Origin: Blastocystis sp. Blastoise
Lineage: Eukaryota > Protista > Bigyra: Opalinata
Length of the DNA stretch: 64,000 nucleotides
Assembly (NCBI GenBank): GCA_039096225.1
Contig: JBBPEB010000002.1
Span: 992,001 to 1,056,000 of the forward strand
Reading direction: 5' to 3'
Shown here: positions 1 through 14,927 of the stretch, piece after piece
How positions within the stretch are numbered: the first letter of the stretch is position 1
Layout of the letters: each line of letters starts with the position of its first letter
Notes under the pieces: generated by a model
What the model saw: only the letters and a program-made list of their open reading frames with translations
The model's database searches: none
Told to the model about the DNA's origin: nothing
Translations under genes and position numbers: made by a program

Positions 1-859
1 AAAAAAGTTATTGAATACTTAAATACACTAGAGAATATATTTTATAAGCAAGAATAAATTGAGAATAGTATATAATTCATGAATATTATATAATTTATAT
101 AAAATAGTTAAATGAAGTTTTTAAAACTATTAATAACTATAATAAAATGAGAATAATAATGAAAATAGTTTTTATTTTGATGAAGAGTATAAATACAGAT
201 AAATATTTAATAATATAGAAATATAATTAAAGAAGATAGATTTGATAAATATATTAAAATAGTATCACTGTCTTTCAACTATTTTGCGATACTTGTTGTG
301 ACTATCATATAGATACACTTTAAATCAGACTTTTTATTATGGAATATAAAATATTTTTAATAGTTAAAAAATTAACAGAAGTGTCACATTTTTTATGACA
401 ATTACTGTTCAAGAAAAAAAGTGTTTCAGCGAAGTGAGTGTTTATTCTTAATATATATATCAAAACATTGAATAAAAATAAATTTTTAATAGTTATTGGC
501 AAACAAAACTTAATAGAAGATTATAAGTCATCAGTTATTTATACCATTAAAGATTATTAAAATTTAATTGTTAATAAAATATAATTATAGTTGTTATAAT
601 AATAATATGTATATAAACATATTTTTTTTTACCATACTTTATAATTATCTATTTAAAATGATTCACCTTCTATGAGCAACTAGTATTTATTAATAACGAG
701 TATTCTTTATTAGTATTTGAAATACTAAAGTGATTTGCAATATAAGAATTTATATTACTATAATAATCCTATACTATTTCTATATCATCACCCATATAAT
801 CAGGATAATATAAATAACAACATATACTACTTTTTTATTATTATTATATAATCATAATT

Positions 860-2149
860 GGTTTGAGGAATACGCTGCTTGTTTCTTAAAATAGAAACTC
901 TATTGAAAATGGTTTCCAACCATTATATTATATATTGAATAATCTTCTAAAATGACAATTATATACAAACTTCATGAATTATCCCAACTTTAATCTGTAT
1001 ATCCTCCAAATATATACATATGGTTGTTATGATCTACATGTTTAATAAGAATCACTGTTACCCCTTTATTTTCATAATAGTTTTGGAATTCATCTTTAGA
1101 ATAAGTATATTCACTTGCTCTTTATATATAGAATAAAAAATATTAAATCACACCTAACTAATAATCTCCTTTTCTTTCCCTTACCAAGTCAATTTTGAAA
1201 TTGATAATCTATATTCTTATTATAAAGAATTGAATAATAAAATTGAGGTTTTATATTTAAATATAATTTTACTTCTCTTCCTTTTTCACTAAATAGTTCT
1301 ATCATTTCTCTCTCAAATAATTCTTTATCAATATCACTTATCTTATCTTCTTCTATATCTATAGTTCCATTATTCACATATTCAGTAATATATTTAATAT
1401 ATTCATATTTCTTGTTCATATATAAACTATCAGTTATATGATTATAATTAATAAATCCATTATCATAATTATTAACATAATTATTCCATAATCCATTCTT
1501 AACTAAATAGTCTTTAATAATATCATTCTTATTTCCATTTATAATTAAAGAAACTTCATCTCCTTCTTCATATTTCTTCATTTTTCGATCTCTTCTTTCT
1601 CTACAAGCAATCAATTCTAAAGGAATGATCAAACCACAAAATTCAAATAAATTCAATAATTCTAATTGTTCCTCATAAGAAAAAGAATTAAAATCTACTT
1701 TCTTTCCATTCAAATAATCTAATAAATAATAAATAAAAGCATCATTACCCCTGTAGTCAAGATATATGAATCCATCATTTGTTCTATATTCTTCTTCACG
1801 TTGATCATCAATAAAAGAGCCTTTTAAGGTATCTAAAACAGATTTCGATATTTGAAATATTGGACCTCTATTCGTAAATCTAATGAAATCAATATCATTA
1901 GCATGATTAGCATCTATATTGACATTCATATCTTCATAATTATTACTTTCATAAATACATTTTTTTCAAATTCATTTCTTTCACCTTCATTTTCAATATA
2001 GCCATCTCCAATATGTTTTATAAGTCTATTTATCGATATTCCAGAATGTATACCAAGATTGATCAGTGATCCAAATACACGAACTACGTCTTTCATCAAT
2101 TCTTCATATACACTGATATCCTCCTTCAATTACTTAAACCAATTGACAT
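860..2149 (-). pseudogene. BTB/POZ-like + TLDc domain protein, disrupted
   Basis: ORF 1189-1929 has a KCTD-type BTB-like segment (IRFTNRGPIFQISKSVLDTLKGSF...IYLDYRGND...YLLDYL). Downstream on the minus strand, ASEYTYSKDEFQNYYENKGVTVILIKHVDHNNHMYIFGGYT matches the TLDc consensus (AS...FH..CD.KG.T..LIK...IFGGYT). Frame breaks occur near 2129 and 1926, and in-frame stops at 1189 and after FGGYTD. Confidence 0.7.
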
Positions 2150-2698
2150 CAAAAATAACAACTTTTCTTTCACTACAATATAAAAATCAAATAACAAAAA
2201 ATTAAAATTTTCATTTCTTTTTTTATATTTTCTAATATAATTCAGATTTTATATTCAAATATATTTATTTGTTGGTCTCCTTATATACTCTTCATATGAA
2301 TAATTATCATAAATAATACATATATTCAATATCATCACAATTACAAAAATGATTCTCTACGAATATCATCCAATTCATGCTCTAAATCACTCAGAAAAGC
2401 TAAACAATTATAAAAAGCAAATAAAGATTTCAAAATACAACATTTATTTTCATTCTCATATACAATTGACTCTTATATCTGATAAATGATATCACTGAAC
2501 AAATTACAATCATAAACTATTATTAAAAATTAAACTGGTTCTAATTCTCTTACTCAAGAAAAACTAAATTTAAAAAAACTTAAAAAAACATAGTTTTTCA
2601 TTCTTATAGTTTCAATAAATTTATTAAACTATCAAATAATTCTATAAAAAGTATATACAATATCTATAGTAATTCATAGAATATAGGATATTGTTAAT

Positions 2699-5600
2699 AT
2701 GAGTACTCCGTCAACAATCACTTTGAGTGATTCTAACTCAAAAAGTAATATAGAGTTATATTCATAATCTAAGTACTATAGACACTATTCAGTTTATCTT
2801 TCAAGATGAAGTTAAGATTGGTATTCCAATTGACATTTTAGAATTATGTCCAGAGTCAATATTGAGTTTGACATATACTTCAGAAGACTCTTTAGATAAT
2901 GAAGATCATTCTTGCTATATTGATTACCCTTCCTATTCCATAGAAAAAGTGATTTCCTATCTCGAAGGAAAACTTTCAATTGATTGTTCTCTGTCTATTA
3001 CTGAACTGTGTAACATGTATAAAACATTTTATATTTTCTGTCTTCATGGAGCTTTCTCTCATTACTTTGAGTTATCCAATATTATACAACAAGCTCTTCA
3101 AACGTTTTTAAAGAAAAATAATTGTACAATGTATGTTCATTTATATATATATATATATTTTCATATATATTTTATAATAGTTGTAAAAAAACAATATCTT
3201 CTGATATTACTGAATATATATTAATTATTGAAGGTAAATAATCTTATCTATATATATCAATATACAATAATAATAATTAAAATTATAGGTATTATCTCAG
3301 AAGAACGAAATAAAAAATTTCTTGAATATTCCTGTTTATTCGAACTAATGAATATCACACGTGTTCATCTAAAATGTATATTTTAGCATTTCATTGATTA
3401 TATATATTATTATATAAAAATTATATATATATATATAGATCATTATTCAAATGAAATATCTTATGATACTATATATCCATCAAATATACATGAACTATTT
3501 CCACGATTATTAAGATATGATATAGAATGTATGTATTTATTTTATTTAATAAATTATTTTTATTTCAGATTATAATTGATATTAATTATTTATATTCTAT
3601 AATTAATATATATATAGTAATCTATTATCCAAGTACTAAAACAATAAAAATAAAGAATGGAGATTATTTATATGATTATTTTTCTAGATGTGATTATTCA
3701 AATAAAAGTATTTTAACATATATATATAATATATACTTATATTATTAGGGAGATATGGTGGATATATAATAGATTATATTCCAAATCGTCGTTTCCCTCC
3801 TCTTAACATCAATAAAGATCCTATTGAAGAACAAAAGAAAATAATAAAATTTCAAACAGAAATTGAAGTTGTAGCAGAACGTATAAAAAATGATCTAACC
3901 ACTTATTCAAAAAAGACAAAGAAATCTAAAGAAAACAATGTTTCGAATTCTGATTATTCATTTTCATCAATATCAGATGATAATTCTATCTCTTCTGTTG
4001 CTTCTAATCAACCTATATCTGCCAATATATCAACTAAAGAAAATAATTCGTTAAACTCGGATAAGATGATTGATTCTTTGTCTTCTTCAATTAATAACAA
4101 TTCACAGAACCATTTTTCTTCTCTTCTTAAATCTTCTGTTTCTCCTCCTTCTCCGTTTCTTCCTCCTCCTATTATTACAAATATTTCTTCTTCTTTTCTT
4201 CATCCTCATATTTCTCCTCCTTCTCCTCCTTCTCATATTTATCCTCATTCTCCTTCTTCTCCTACACTTCTTGACTTTCCTCTCTCTCCTTCTTCTTCTT
4301 TTCTTCATCCTCATATTTCTCCTCCTTCTCCTCCTCCTCACATTGACCATCATGTTTCTACTCCTTCTCTTATTTATCCTCATACCTATCCTCCTCCTCT
4401 TCCTTCAATTCTTTCTCCTCCTTCATTTTTTTCTTCTTCTATTGTTTCTCCTTTCAATGTTGCTTCTTTTTTTCCATTTATCTCTAATTATCCTTTTGTT
4501 ATTGAAAGTGATAATGATCCATATGAAGATTTTCATTTTATTTCCAGATACTATTCATCAGATATAATTGTTCAATACCCTTATTATTATTCAGATACTT
4601 ATAATAATCACATATTAAATGATAATAATTATCAAGATAATTATAACGTTATATCTACAAAAAAATCAACGTTTTATTTTCATTTCAAAGATAATAATGA
4701 TAGTATATACTTAATTTTTTTAAATACAATATATATATATAGTAATTGACTATGAACACCCTATATTAGAGTATCTATTTATTATATATATATATAATTT
4801 ATTTTTATAGAATTCCTATTATCCCTCCAGATTCTATATTTACTTATCTATTAAATATGCCAATTTGTAAGCATCTTAAAGAGATTTGTGTTTCAGATAG
4901 TATATATATAATTATTTACATATATAAATCTTATTATATTATTATAATAGAAAAGATATTTTGGGAACTTCAAATAGTAACTCCTCCATTATTAACATCT
5001 TTTCTAAATGGTCTTTTTGATCTTCATACAACTATTAATCTAACTGATTGTATATATATTTATTATATGATTTTTTATTTTATTATAAATATATATATAG
5101 TGATAGATGGAAGTTCTTATGGTCATTATAAACAATTTCTAGAAGATTATATTTCTACTCATATATTTCCAAATGTAACAACACTTCGAATTGATAGTAT
5201 ATATGTTATTATTATTAAATATATTTATATATTTATTATTATTGTTACTAGTATATAATATATATATATATTATATATTCTATTATACAGATAGAGGGAA
5301 TAAGTCATTTGATGAGAAAATGTTTAATCGATTTCTTTTATTATTTACTTCTGAACATTTCCCAAAATACATATTTATGATCTTCAACATTATTCTATAA
5401 ATAATTATGAATTTGTTACAAGTATAGATAGTATACTTCAAATACCATTAATAGAACAATTGGATACTATGTATATGACTATATCAACGGAACAAGAAGT
5501 ATCATTAGATCATTCTAAAAAGAAATCATACCTCGATTCAATATTGCAAACAATAAAGAAATTAAATAATAATACAAACTATCAACTATGTTGTATATAC

Positions 5601-7752
5601 TTATTATTATATATTTATTGTATTCTATCTATAGTTAATAATTTCATTTTCTTTAAGAATGATATACTATCAGAATTATTATTACAAAAGAATGTTATCT
5701 TTAATAAAACCTATTTTTATTGTATACTCATTTTTAAACATATATATATTTTAAATAATACCTATATATAGTAGATAATAGTACTATTGGAGCTATATAC
5801 TCAGAAGATACACATTTTTTGAAGGATTATGAGTTTAAAGAATTATATATTCACGATAAAGAAGCAGGTATATTTTTATATTCTTTCATTATATATCAAT
5901 AAACCCAGATTTATAATAATCATGAATATTTTTATTTTATATTTAATATATTTTCTCCTTTCATTTTAAACTTATATCCTTTTTTTTTTAACTTTTACGT
6001 TATAAATAGTTAGAAATGATTATGAAAAATCAAAATTAGAGTTATCGATTTTAAAGAATGGAAATAAAAACATAAATAAATATCAAGATCAACTGGAAAT
6101 ATGTATTTGTTAAGATTATTATTTTTCTTATTATATCTATAATAAAAACTATATTTAGTTATATATTCATCTGTATTCTCTCCTAATGAAGTCAATAGTT
6201 TTACTAATATTATGAATTCATTAAATACGGAACATATTGAAACGATTACTTTTTCTTGTATATATATTTATATAGTATCTATATTTTTCTTTCTGTTTAT
6301 TTTCATCTTATTTAATACTATATATGATAGTGTTTTTATTCTTATATATATATATAGTTCGAGAAAACTATCACATTTCATTACCTGACTTTGTTTCTAG
6401 TTTTAAGAAAGCTAATTATCCTCATTTAAAGAAATTAACTATTAGTATATATATATATATATATTCATTCTTTATTAATCAATAATACTTTTATATTAAC
6501 TATTTATTATTAATCATTCAAATTATAGCATATATTAGTATGTTTGCAGGCGTAACCCTTGAAGATATAAAAATAAATGCAAAGAATATGTCCTTGTTAT
6601 TATCATGCTTTTCAAATAGTCTTAAAGAATTAAATTTAGATTGTATATTCTAATTTATCTTATTCTTAATATATATATGGTAGAACCAGATTATTATTAT
6701 TTGTCTTATTTTTATTATATATATAGTAGAACCAGAAAATGATTATATGGAAACTATTTTGAAAGAAACAGTGAATTTTCCGTTATGGGAGAATATTGAA
6801 TCTCTTTCTTTTCCAACAGGTAAATTTAGTTTATGTAATATAATATAATATAATATTTATATATATATAGGACGTTATCATCGTGTCACTTGTCTTTTTG
6901 ATTTTTTTTGTAATAATTTCATAAATAATAAATTATTACAATTGGAATCATTAGTTCTTACTGGTATTTAATATTATCTTTATTTTTTATTATTATCATA
7001 AATAATAATTGCTATAATTAAATCTCTATAGGTAAAAATGATTATGAAAATGACTATATAGTATTTATTCATCAATTATTGAGTGATTTAAATATATATA
7101 ATTCTAAATCAATAATAGATGAGACTGAAAAATCTCAAAACTTTTATTGTATATATATATATATTATCTATATTCTCTTCCCTACAATAAAGTGATTATT
7201 ATCATATTTTTTATATATAATATCACTTTATATCTATATAGGTGTTGACTGTATATATCACATAAAGCATATTATATGTAATTTTGAATCGTTACAATTA
7301 AAATATCAAGAACCAATAAAATATATACATATGTCAAGAAGATTTGATCATGTTGTTGAATTTAATAAACGATATTGGAATTCTATATATAACTTGTTAC
7401 AAACACAAAATATGAATTCCTTAGAATCTTTATATATGTGTATATTATTACTTTTAATTTTTATTTATTGTTCATTAGTTTATATTTTATATATTATATA
7501 TAGATGTATATGAAGAGAATGATTTAATAAAAACTGAAGAACTTTTTAATGAAAAGAACTTTCCTAATATGAAGGAGTGTAAAATTCATGTAATAGGTAT
7601 ATTTATATATATATTTATTCAATAATAGTATATATATTAAATTTATTATAGAATCACTCTTTATGACACAATCATGTAAAGTTTTGAAGAATCGAGCTAA
7701 AGAATCGAGAATTTCATTTTTTGTTAATTCTTTTATTAAAGAAGAGATTTAA
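2699..7752 (+). CDS. Multi-exon member of an expanded BTB-like/LRR-like family, with a Pro/Ser/His-rich insert
   Basis: ATG at 2699. The exon FIFQDEVKIGIPIDILELCPESIL...YIDYPSYSIEKVISYL is paralogous to the N-termini of the genes starting at 13065 and 24802. It has recurring FPxL/FPNV LRR-like motifs, many GT-AG introns, and ends NSFIKEEI* at 7752. Exon boundaries are approximate. Confidence 0.7.
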
Positions 7753-8483
7753 AGTTAGTATATTTAATTATGATTTTATCTACATATTTTTAATATTCAT
7801 ATATATATATATATATATTTATATATTATTTATAATTGTTCCAACTACTTTTAAATCATATTTTGTTTTTTTATTTTATTTAAATTCAATGACTTTTAAC
7901 AACTTAATCTCAAGGATATTGTCATGTTAATACTTTAATATCTTTTTATTCTAACTTTATATATACGAATATAAAAATTTTTAATGTTAAATAAATATCA
8001 CAAAGTCTTGTAATACTTGTAACATAAATAGAAATATTTAAAAGTTATTATACTTAATTAATGGTAGTTTGTAAGAAATATAAACATCTATTAGTTATTC
8101 ATTTTTAATACATATATATAGCAATACGAAAAGGTCAACATAAAATAAAAAACTATTCCACTTTCTATTTGATATATAACACTATTATATGTCAATGTTA
8201 TGCAATAAACATAATTTTAAATACTATTATTTATTCATTTGTATAATCATATTTAAATATATACTATTATCACATATAATAAACATTTAAAAACTTTTAG
8301 TTTCAAATATATAAATTAAAACAAACAAAAACTAAGTGTTACAAAAACAATTATATATTAAATTAAAGTATAATAGAAATATGTATATAAATAAAAAAAT
8401 CAGTGAATATGAAATTATATATGAAATAATGATTTTAAAAAAGATAAGTATTATAAAAAAAAAGAGGAATATATACATCTGTA

Positions 8484-11400
8484 TTAAAAGTCATCATAAT
8501 TTCTATTATTAGTTAAGTCATAAAATACATGATTCTTTTTAATAAATGTAGAATCTTTCACTTTTTGTTTATATTCATTAATAGCTTCTTCTGATGCTTC
8601 TAATTCAGATGAATCTAAATAATATATATATATATATATATATATACCATATCTACATGCGAATTTCTTTAATTTCGGTATTTCACCTGATAATACTAAA
8701 TCTAATACATCAAATAATAATGTATCATTGTAAAAATCTAAATATAAAAAATATTTATATAATGTTATAATAATACTAAAAAAACTTACATATATCAAAA
8801 TATCTTAAATTTGGGATTTGTTGTTGTTTAATACATTTAATAAATGTTTTGATTTCATTTTCAGATATTGATTCATCTTTATATATATATATAGATATAT
8901 AGATAATAATCAGTAATAAAATATACCAAATTGATTACTAACAATAGTTTCTACAGATAAATTAACAGTATTTTTTATTTGTTGAATAGATTCGTTAGGA
9001 TAGAAATAGAAAATACGATAATCACCAACGGTCTCTAGGAGAAGAATTCAAATAATAATAAAAAACTATTAAATAAATATATATACCTTCCAAATGTATA
9101 CAACCCGATGATGGGAAATTATTACTATTATATAAAGATAAAGTATCTATGAAATTATTGAAACATTCACTTGATTTTACATCTATATATAATTATATGA
9201 TATAAAAATATATATTCATAAAATATATATTAATAGTAATCAGAACATTCATTATCAAGTAATCTTAACATTTTAGCATATATGATTGATTAATCAGTAT
9301 TTTATATAATCAATTTATATAAAACATGTAAATATATCAGAAGAATTATATTCATAAAGAATATTTTTGATAAATATTTAACTATATATATAAATACATA
9401 TTGAAAAACGTTTCAATTTAGCGAAGTTATTCTTAGTATATGATTCAAAAAATGTCTTAATTGGTATATCATTCATTTCTAAATAATAATTATATAGTTA
9501 TTTCTTGAAACTATTAAATATAATGAACATAATAAAAAGCATAATAATAATAACTAGTATATACCAAAACTTAATTCAATTGCATTTTGGAAACCTCCAT
9601 TTTGAATTAATTTCATTATCATGGTATCATAACCATATCCTAACAAGAATGAATCATAATTATATTATTATTTATTATGATAATAATTTATATTAATAAT
9701 AATAAAGAATGATGTTCATGGATTTAATACTGACTAAATATAATATACCTTTTAAAGTAATAAACGAAGCATTACGAACTATTTTTTTAAGGATATTTTC
9801 GAAAATAGAGAAATATTCTGGTTCAGGATTCTTTTTAAGCTCAGGTACTATAAAAATAGATAAATTTATAGATAGATATAATTCTAATATATACAATCAA
9901 TATTTAAGTATTTTATGTTATTAAACGTGTTATCGTTAATTAGAGTATCAATTCTTTTTAATTCATTTATACATATTTTACTATCAACTATATATATAAT
10001 TAAATAACATTAATAAATGTATATATAATCATACACTCAAGCCCACAGTTTGATAAATTTTGTAATATACTACTATTAAATAGATGTTTAAAAGCATCTT
10101 GAATATCAAGTAATTCTTGAGTTTCATCATCACTACTATCTTCATCACTATTATTATCATTATTATCATTTTCATCATCTTTATCATCACTATTATTATT
10201 ATTTTCATCACTATTATTATCTTTTTCATCATCACTATTATTATCATTATTATCATCATTACTGTCATCATTATCATTAATGCTTTCAACATTACTATTA
10301 TTATCATTATTATCATCATCACCACTATAATTATCATTACTGTTATCATTTTCAACACTATTACCCTCATCATCATCACCACTATAATCATCATTACTGT
10401 TATCATTTTCAACACTATTACTCTCATCATCACCACCACTATAATCATCATTATTATCACTATTATCATCATCACCACTATAATTATCATCAATATTATC
10501 ATTTTCATAATCACTACTTTCTTCATCATTATCACTCTCATCATCATTTTGATAATAATAATAATAATATTTTAAATTTCGAAAATCATAGCCAATATAA
10601 TAATCTATAAATTATATAATTCTATTATATAAATATATACTAGTAAAGAACATTTTGAAATAATCAACTTTTACATTTCTATTTTCAAATTCTTCCAATA
10701 AATCATCAAATAATGGCTCATACTTCTCCATATTACAAAGATCTATTAAAAACAAAATTTAAGAATAAGTAAATAATTATAAAAATCAAATAATAAAATA
10801 TACTACTTAGATAAAATGTATATGTAAAAAGTCCTTTTTCAAGAATTTCTTTCTTATGAGGAAATAAATCAATAACAGTAGCTATATATACATGAAAATA
10901 AATTTATAAATATAATTAATTTACAATTAATTAGAAACAAACAAACCAAGTATATATATACAGCTTGAAAAAATATGAATTGAGTGATTATAAGCTAAAT
11001 CATCTAAATAGATAGCATTCTTTTTCTTATTATACCACACCATATCTACATTTATTGTATTAATTAATGATAAAATTTGTTCAGGAATTTTTTGTTTGAA
11101 AATATTGCTACCTATGATATATATAATATATTTAACAAGAATATAATATATATACCATATTTATAAGTAATAATATGTAATTTTGGGAAGCATTCCTTCT
11201 TAATTAATGATAATGTGAAAGTTTCTATATATACATAATAAACAATATAGACAAATATTTAAATATATAGCAAATGCTATATATATACCATCATTAAGAA
11301 AAAGTTCTGTAACATTAGGAAACACATGAGTTGTCATTAAATTTAAAAATTCATCATTATTAAATAATTTATTGAATTCTGTAACTATATAAAGAGCATC

Positions 11401-12242
11401 ATTAAAAATAATAAAAAAATCTTATATACTCCAGTCTGAAGCCAGTAAGGTGAGAGAATCAAAATAACCATCTTCAAAGGCTTTCATAAAAATAATAGCA
11501 ATTTTTTTGTCGATATAAGAAATTTTATCTATATATTGAATATCAAATAATTATAAATATTTTCTTTTTTATAAATTTATTTATTTACCTGATTGAATAT
11601 CTAACTTCGAAAAATGAAAACTAGATGGAAAATGTAATAATTGAGCTAAACCAATTTCTGTATTAATTTTGGAATTATATCTATACAAATATATTTAAAA
11701 TAAAAGTGTTTAACATATATAATTATAATATAAATACGAGAATACCGAGAGTGTCATGTCATCTGTAAATATAATTTTAAGACAGATATATATATATATA
11801 TATATATATATTTAATAATAATATAAATAATATATAAATGTTAAGTATATATAAATATAAAAAAATACTACCATAATTAATAGCTACACTATCTTTAAGT
11901 GAATAATAGATATCTTGACTAATTTTAACTTGTGTATAATCATCTGAATATACAGCTGGTTCAAGAATAACTTCATAGAGTTTAGGTAATTTATTTTCAG
12001 ATTTTCTATCAGAATAAGAATCTTTTATATCCCAATCAACATTAGTATTTTCTATATCAAAAGAATTATTCTTATTATATTCATCCATCTCTGACTCAGT
12101 ATAATAATCAAATTTCTCATCATAATCGATATATTTACCATTATTTTCACAAAAAATAATATATTCATGTATATATTCATCACTATTTGGATTTAATAAT
12201 GTATCACCTTTCAAATAGTTTTTAACTATAACTATATATAAT

Positions 12243-12286
<44 letters not shown>

Positions 12287-13065
12287 ATAAATTTTTAACT
12301 GTGAAACTAAGGGGAATATTTCTTTTATGCAAGATGGATAAATATATTCTGATGGTATATTTGGTGCATATTGATCTATATATATAATCATTACTTATTG
12401 CATACTAATTATATATTTACATGTAATTTCAACATGATCAATATTCATCATTTTAAAAAGAAGAGAATAACGTAATAATTCATCTTTTCGTTGTGGTGTC
12501 GTTAAGCCTATATATATATATATATAAATTATTTGGAGGGATATTAGTATTATATCTATTATATAAATATATTCTTACCATATATTCTTATTACTTTATT
12601 TTGTGAATTAAAGAGTACAGTATGATTAGTCGATAAATCACATTTATGTAAACTATAATATTCATTTTTAGATAAATAATTATAGAATAATTCTTCAATA
12701 TGAAATAATAAATCATTTATTCTTTCGTCTCTCATATCTATTGAATACTCAACAAGCGTTTTATATATATCAGCACCATCATCTAAATCTAATGAATCAA
12801 TATCCATATTATCGTCACTAAAAAATTGAATCACTTTTTCCATGCTCAATGAAGGCATATCTACATAATAACTATCATCCTCATATTTCTCAGAGTGTTG
12901 GATAATATCGTGAAATGGTAATTGATGATATTTCTCAATAAATTCTCTTGGAATCCATAATTGTTTCTCATCTTGAAAAGTAAATAAGTCTAAACAATAG
13001 AATAACAGATTTAATCATATTTAAATACATTTCTCTTGAGTTTGCTCGGCTAAAACTTCTGACAT
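8484..13065 (-). CDS. Multi-exon paralog of the same BTB-like/LRR-like family, with an acidic D/N/S/E tract
   Basis: The spliced start reads MSEVLAEQTQEK|YLFTFQDEKQLWIPREFIEKYHQLPFHDIIQHSEKYEDDSYYVDMPSLSMEKVIQFF. It shares the motifs YIYPS.IKE.FP and THVFPNVT with the gene at 2699. The last exon ends STFIKKNHVFYDLTNNRNYDDF*. Confidence 0.72.
10120..10560 (-). repeat. Low-complexity GAT/AAT-rich coding tract (Asp/Asn/Ser/Glu) with internal duplicated blocks
   Basis: (ATC/ATT)n-rich on the + strand. The block ACCACTATAATYATCATTACTGTTATCATTTTCAACACTATTAC is repeated near 10321 and 10378. The M/I-rich and I/T-rich ORFs in the track are shadow frames. Confidence 0.8.
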
Positions 13066-14927
13066 GACTTGCTAAACTATATAAACAAGCAACAATGAGA
13101 CGATAAAATGTGTAAAAAATGATATTTTTATGAATATATAACGAATACATGCTTTAAACTTACCTTATTAAACTAAATTAATAAAATATTTTAATTATTT
13201 ATGAATAACAAAAATAAAAAAATATGAAACATAAGAGAGTTTCATTTCTATACAAAGAAATCTATTAAAAAAAACTGTTCAAATACTAGAATTCTAGTAT
13301 TGCATTTTCCCACGATTAAATGAAAGTTATATGAATCATGGTTATATAGTCAAAATAACTTGAAAAAGCTAAATAATTAAAAAAGTATATTTTTAAAAAA
13401 TATTAAATGGTTATTTCTTTGGTTTTTAGTTCATATAATGGGTTATCAGTATTGTTTTTGTTATAAACTACTTGTTGAGACAATTGTGAGAATAAGAAAA
13501 GAATTCTAAGGAGATAATTTGTGCATAATAATCTGATATGCTGAATTGTTATCATGAAAACGTGTTGAAAATGGTTTCATTGTATGTAAGAAAATGTAAA
13601 AATAATCATATAGACATAAATATTAGAAAATAAGAATATCAAGGAAAGAATTGTTGATAAATTTCACAAAATTGGAATTTGAGCATGCTACACAGATAGA
13701 CAAGATCATGAAGTCACATATTAAATAATTATAATCGAATTTAATGGTATTTAGAAATGAATATCTTCTTTATGACAGAATAAATGCTTCTTAAATCATA
13801 TCATTCATTTTATACTTTATTTTTATCTACTATAAAATTAATAAAGAGTCAATTAATGAAATAAATGATATTTATTTGATAATTTTGTAATAACTTACTA
13901 TATATATATATATATATAATATTTAATAGCCATTTATATATTATTTACCCTGTATAATCTTATACTCTTTTAAAAAACTCAAATATATATAAAAATAAAC
14001 AAAAACATAATAATTTAGTCAACTACTCATTATATCTTCAAGTCATATAAAAAATAGGTAAATAGAATTCTTAGAAATAGTATATTTTTATACACAAAAT
14101 TATTATTATTAGATATGAGAAAACATAGCAAAAAAATATATCGTTATAAGGAAAACACTTAGAAATTATCATCCTATTCATAATTAATAATGAACGACTA
14201 AGAAATATGTTAGCAGCTATATATAAATCGCAATAATATTATTTTAAAATGTTAGATAAATAATTCTTTTTTGTTGAAAAATGAATTATATCTATGATAT
14301 TACTTATATAATAATCAAAATATATTATTATAATAAGATATATTTGTCTTTTCGATATATATTATTATTAGAAAAACTATATATATTTATTATTATTAAA
14401 GTATCAGTTTATTATATAGAAGTATTAAAATATATAAAATAAATAGTTTTCTTTATTATTTATGATTACAATGTTAAAAATTATGGATATATCAGAATTA
14501 TTATTCTTTGGCATTACTAAACCATTTCATACACAATTCTTTTACCAATATATTCATAAAAATACTGAATACAACTAAATTTAACATGATCACTTATTTA
14601 ATTTCTGAAAGTAAAACGAAATCAACATATTCATGTTTTACAAATCATCCCTAGTATTTTTTGTATCTTATTAAGAGTTGAAACTGAATTCAAGTAGAAA
14701 TTGCCATCAATTTATGATATTACAAAGCATAAGAAAATGAGAATCCTAAAAGCATTTCACTCCCTCCACACACTCAATAAGCTTTTACACTAAGATAGCA
14801 GTTATTCATATAAAAAACTAAGACCAAAAATTTATAGTTTTTTACAGTTTTCTTTTAAATAACTAAATTTTTTTAATTTTCTTTTGTTATACAACTGTTT
14901 AAAGTTTGCTTATTTGTGCTGTAGAGA

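Noticed and set aside
4070-4567. Leu-rich (+) and Arg-rich (-) ORFs resembling a membrane protein or protamine
   Set aside because: They are shadow frames of the CCT/TCT-rich Pro/Ser exon.
10029-10575. Met/Ile-rich and Ile/Thr-rich ORFs
   Set aside because: They are alternative frames of the acidic trinucleotide tract.
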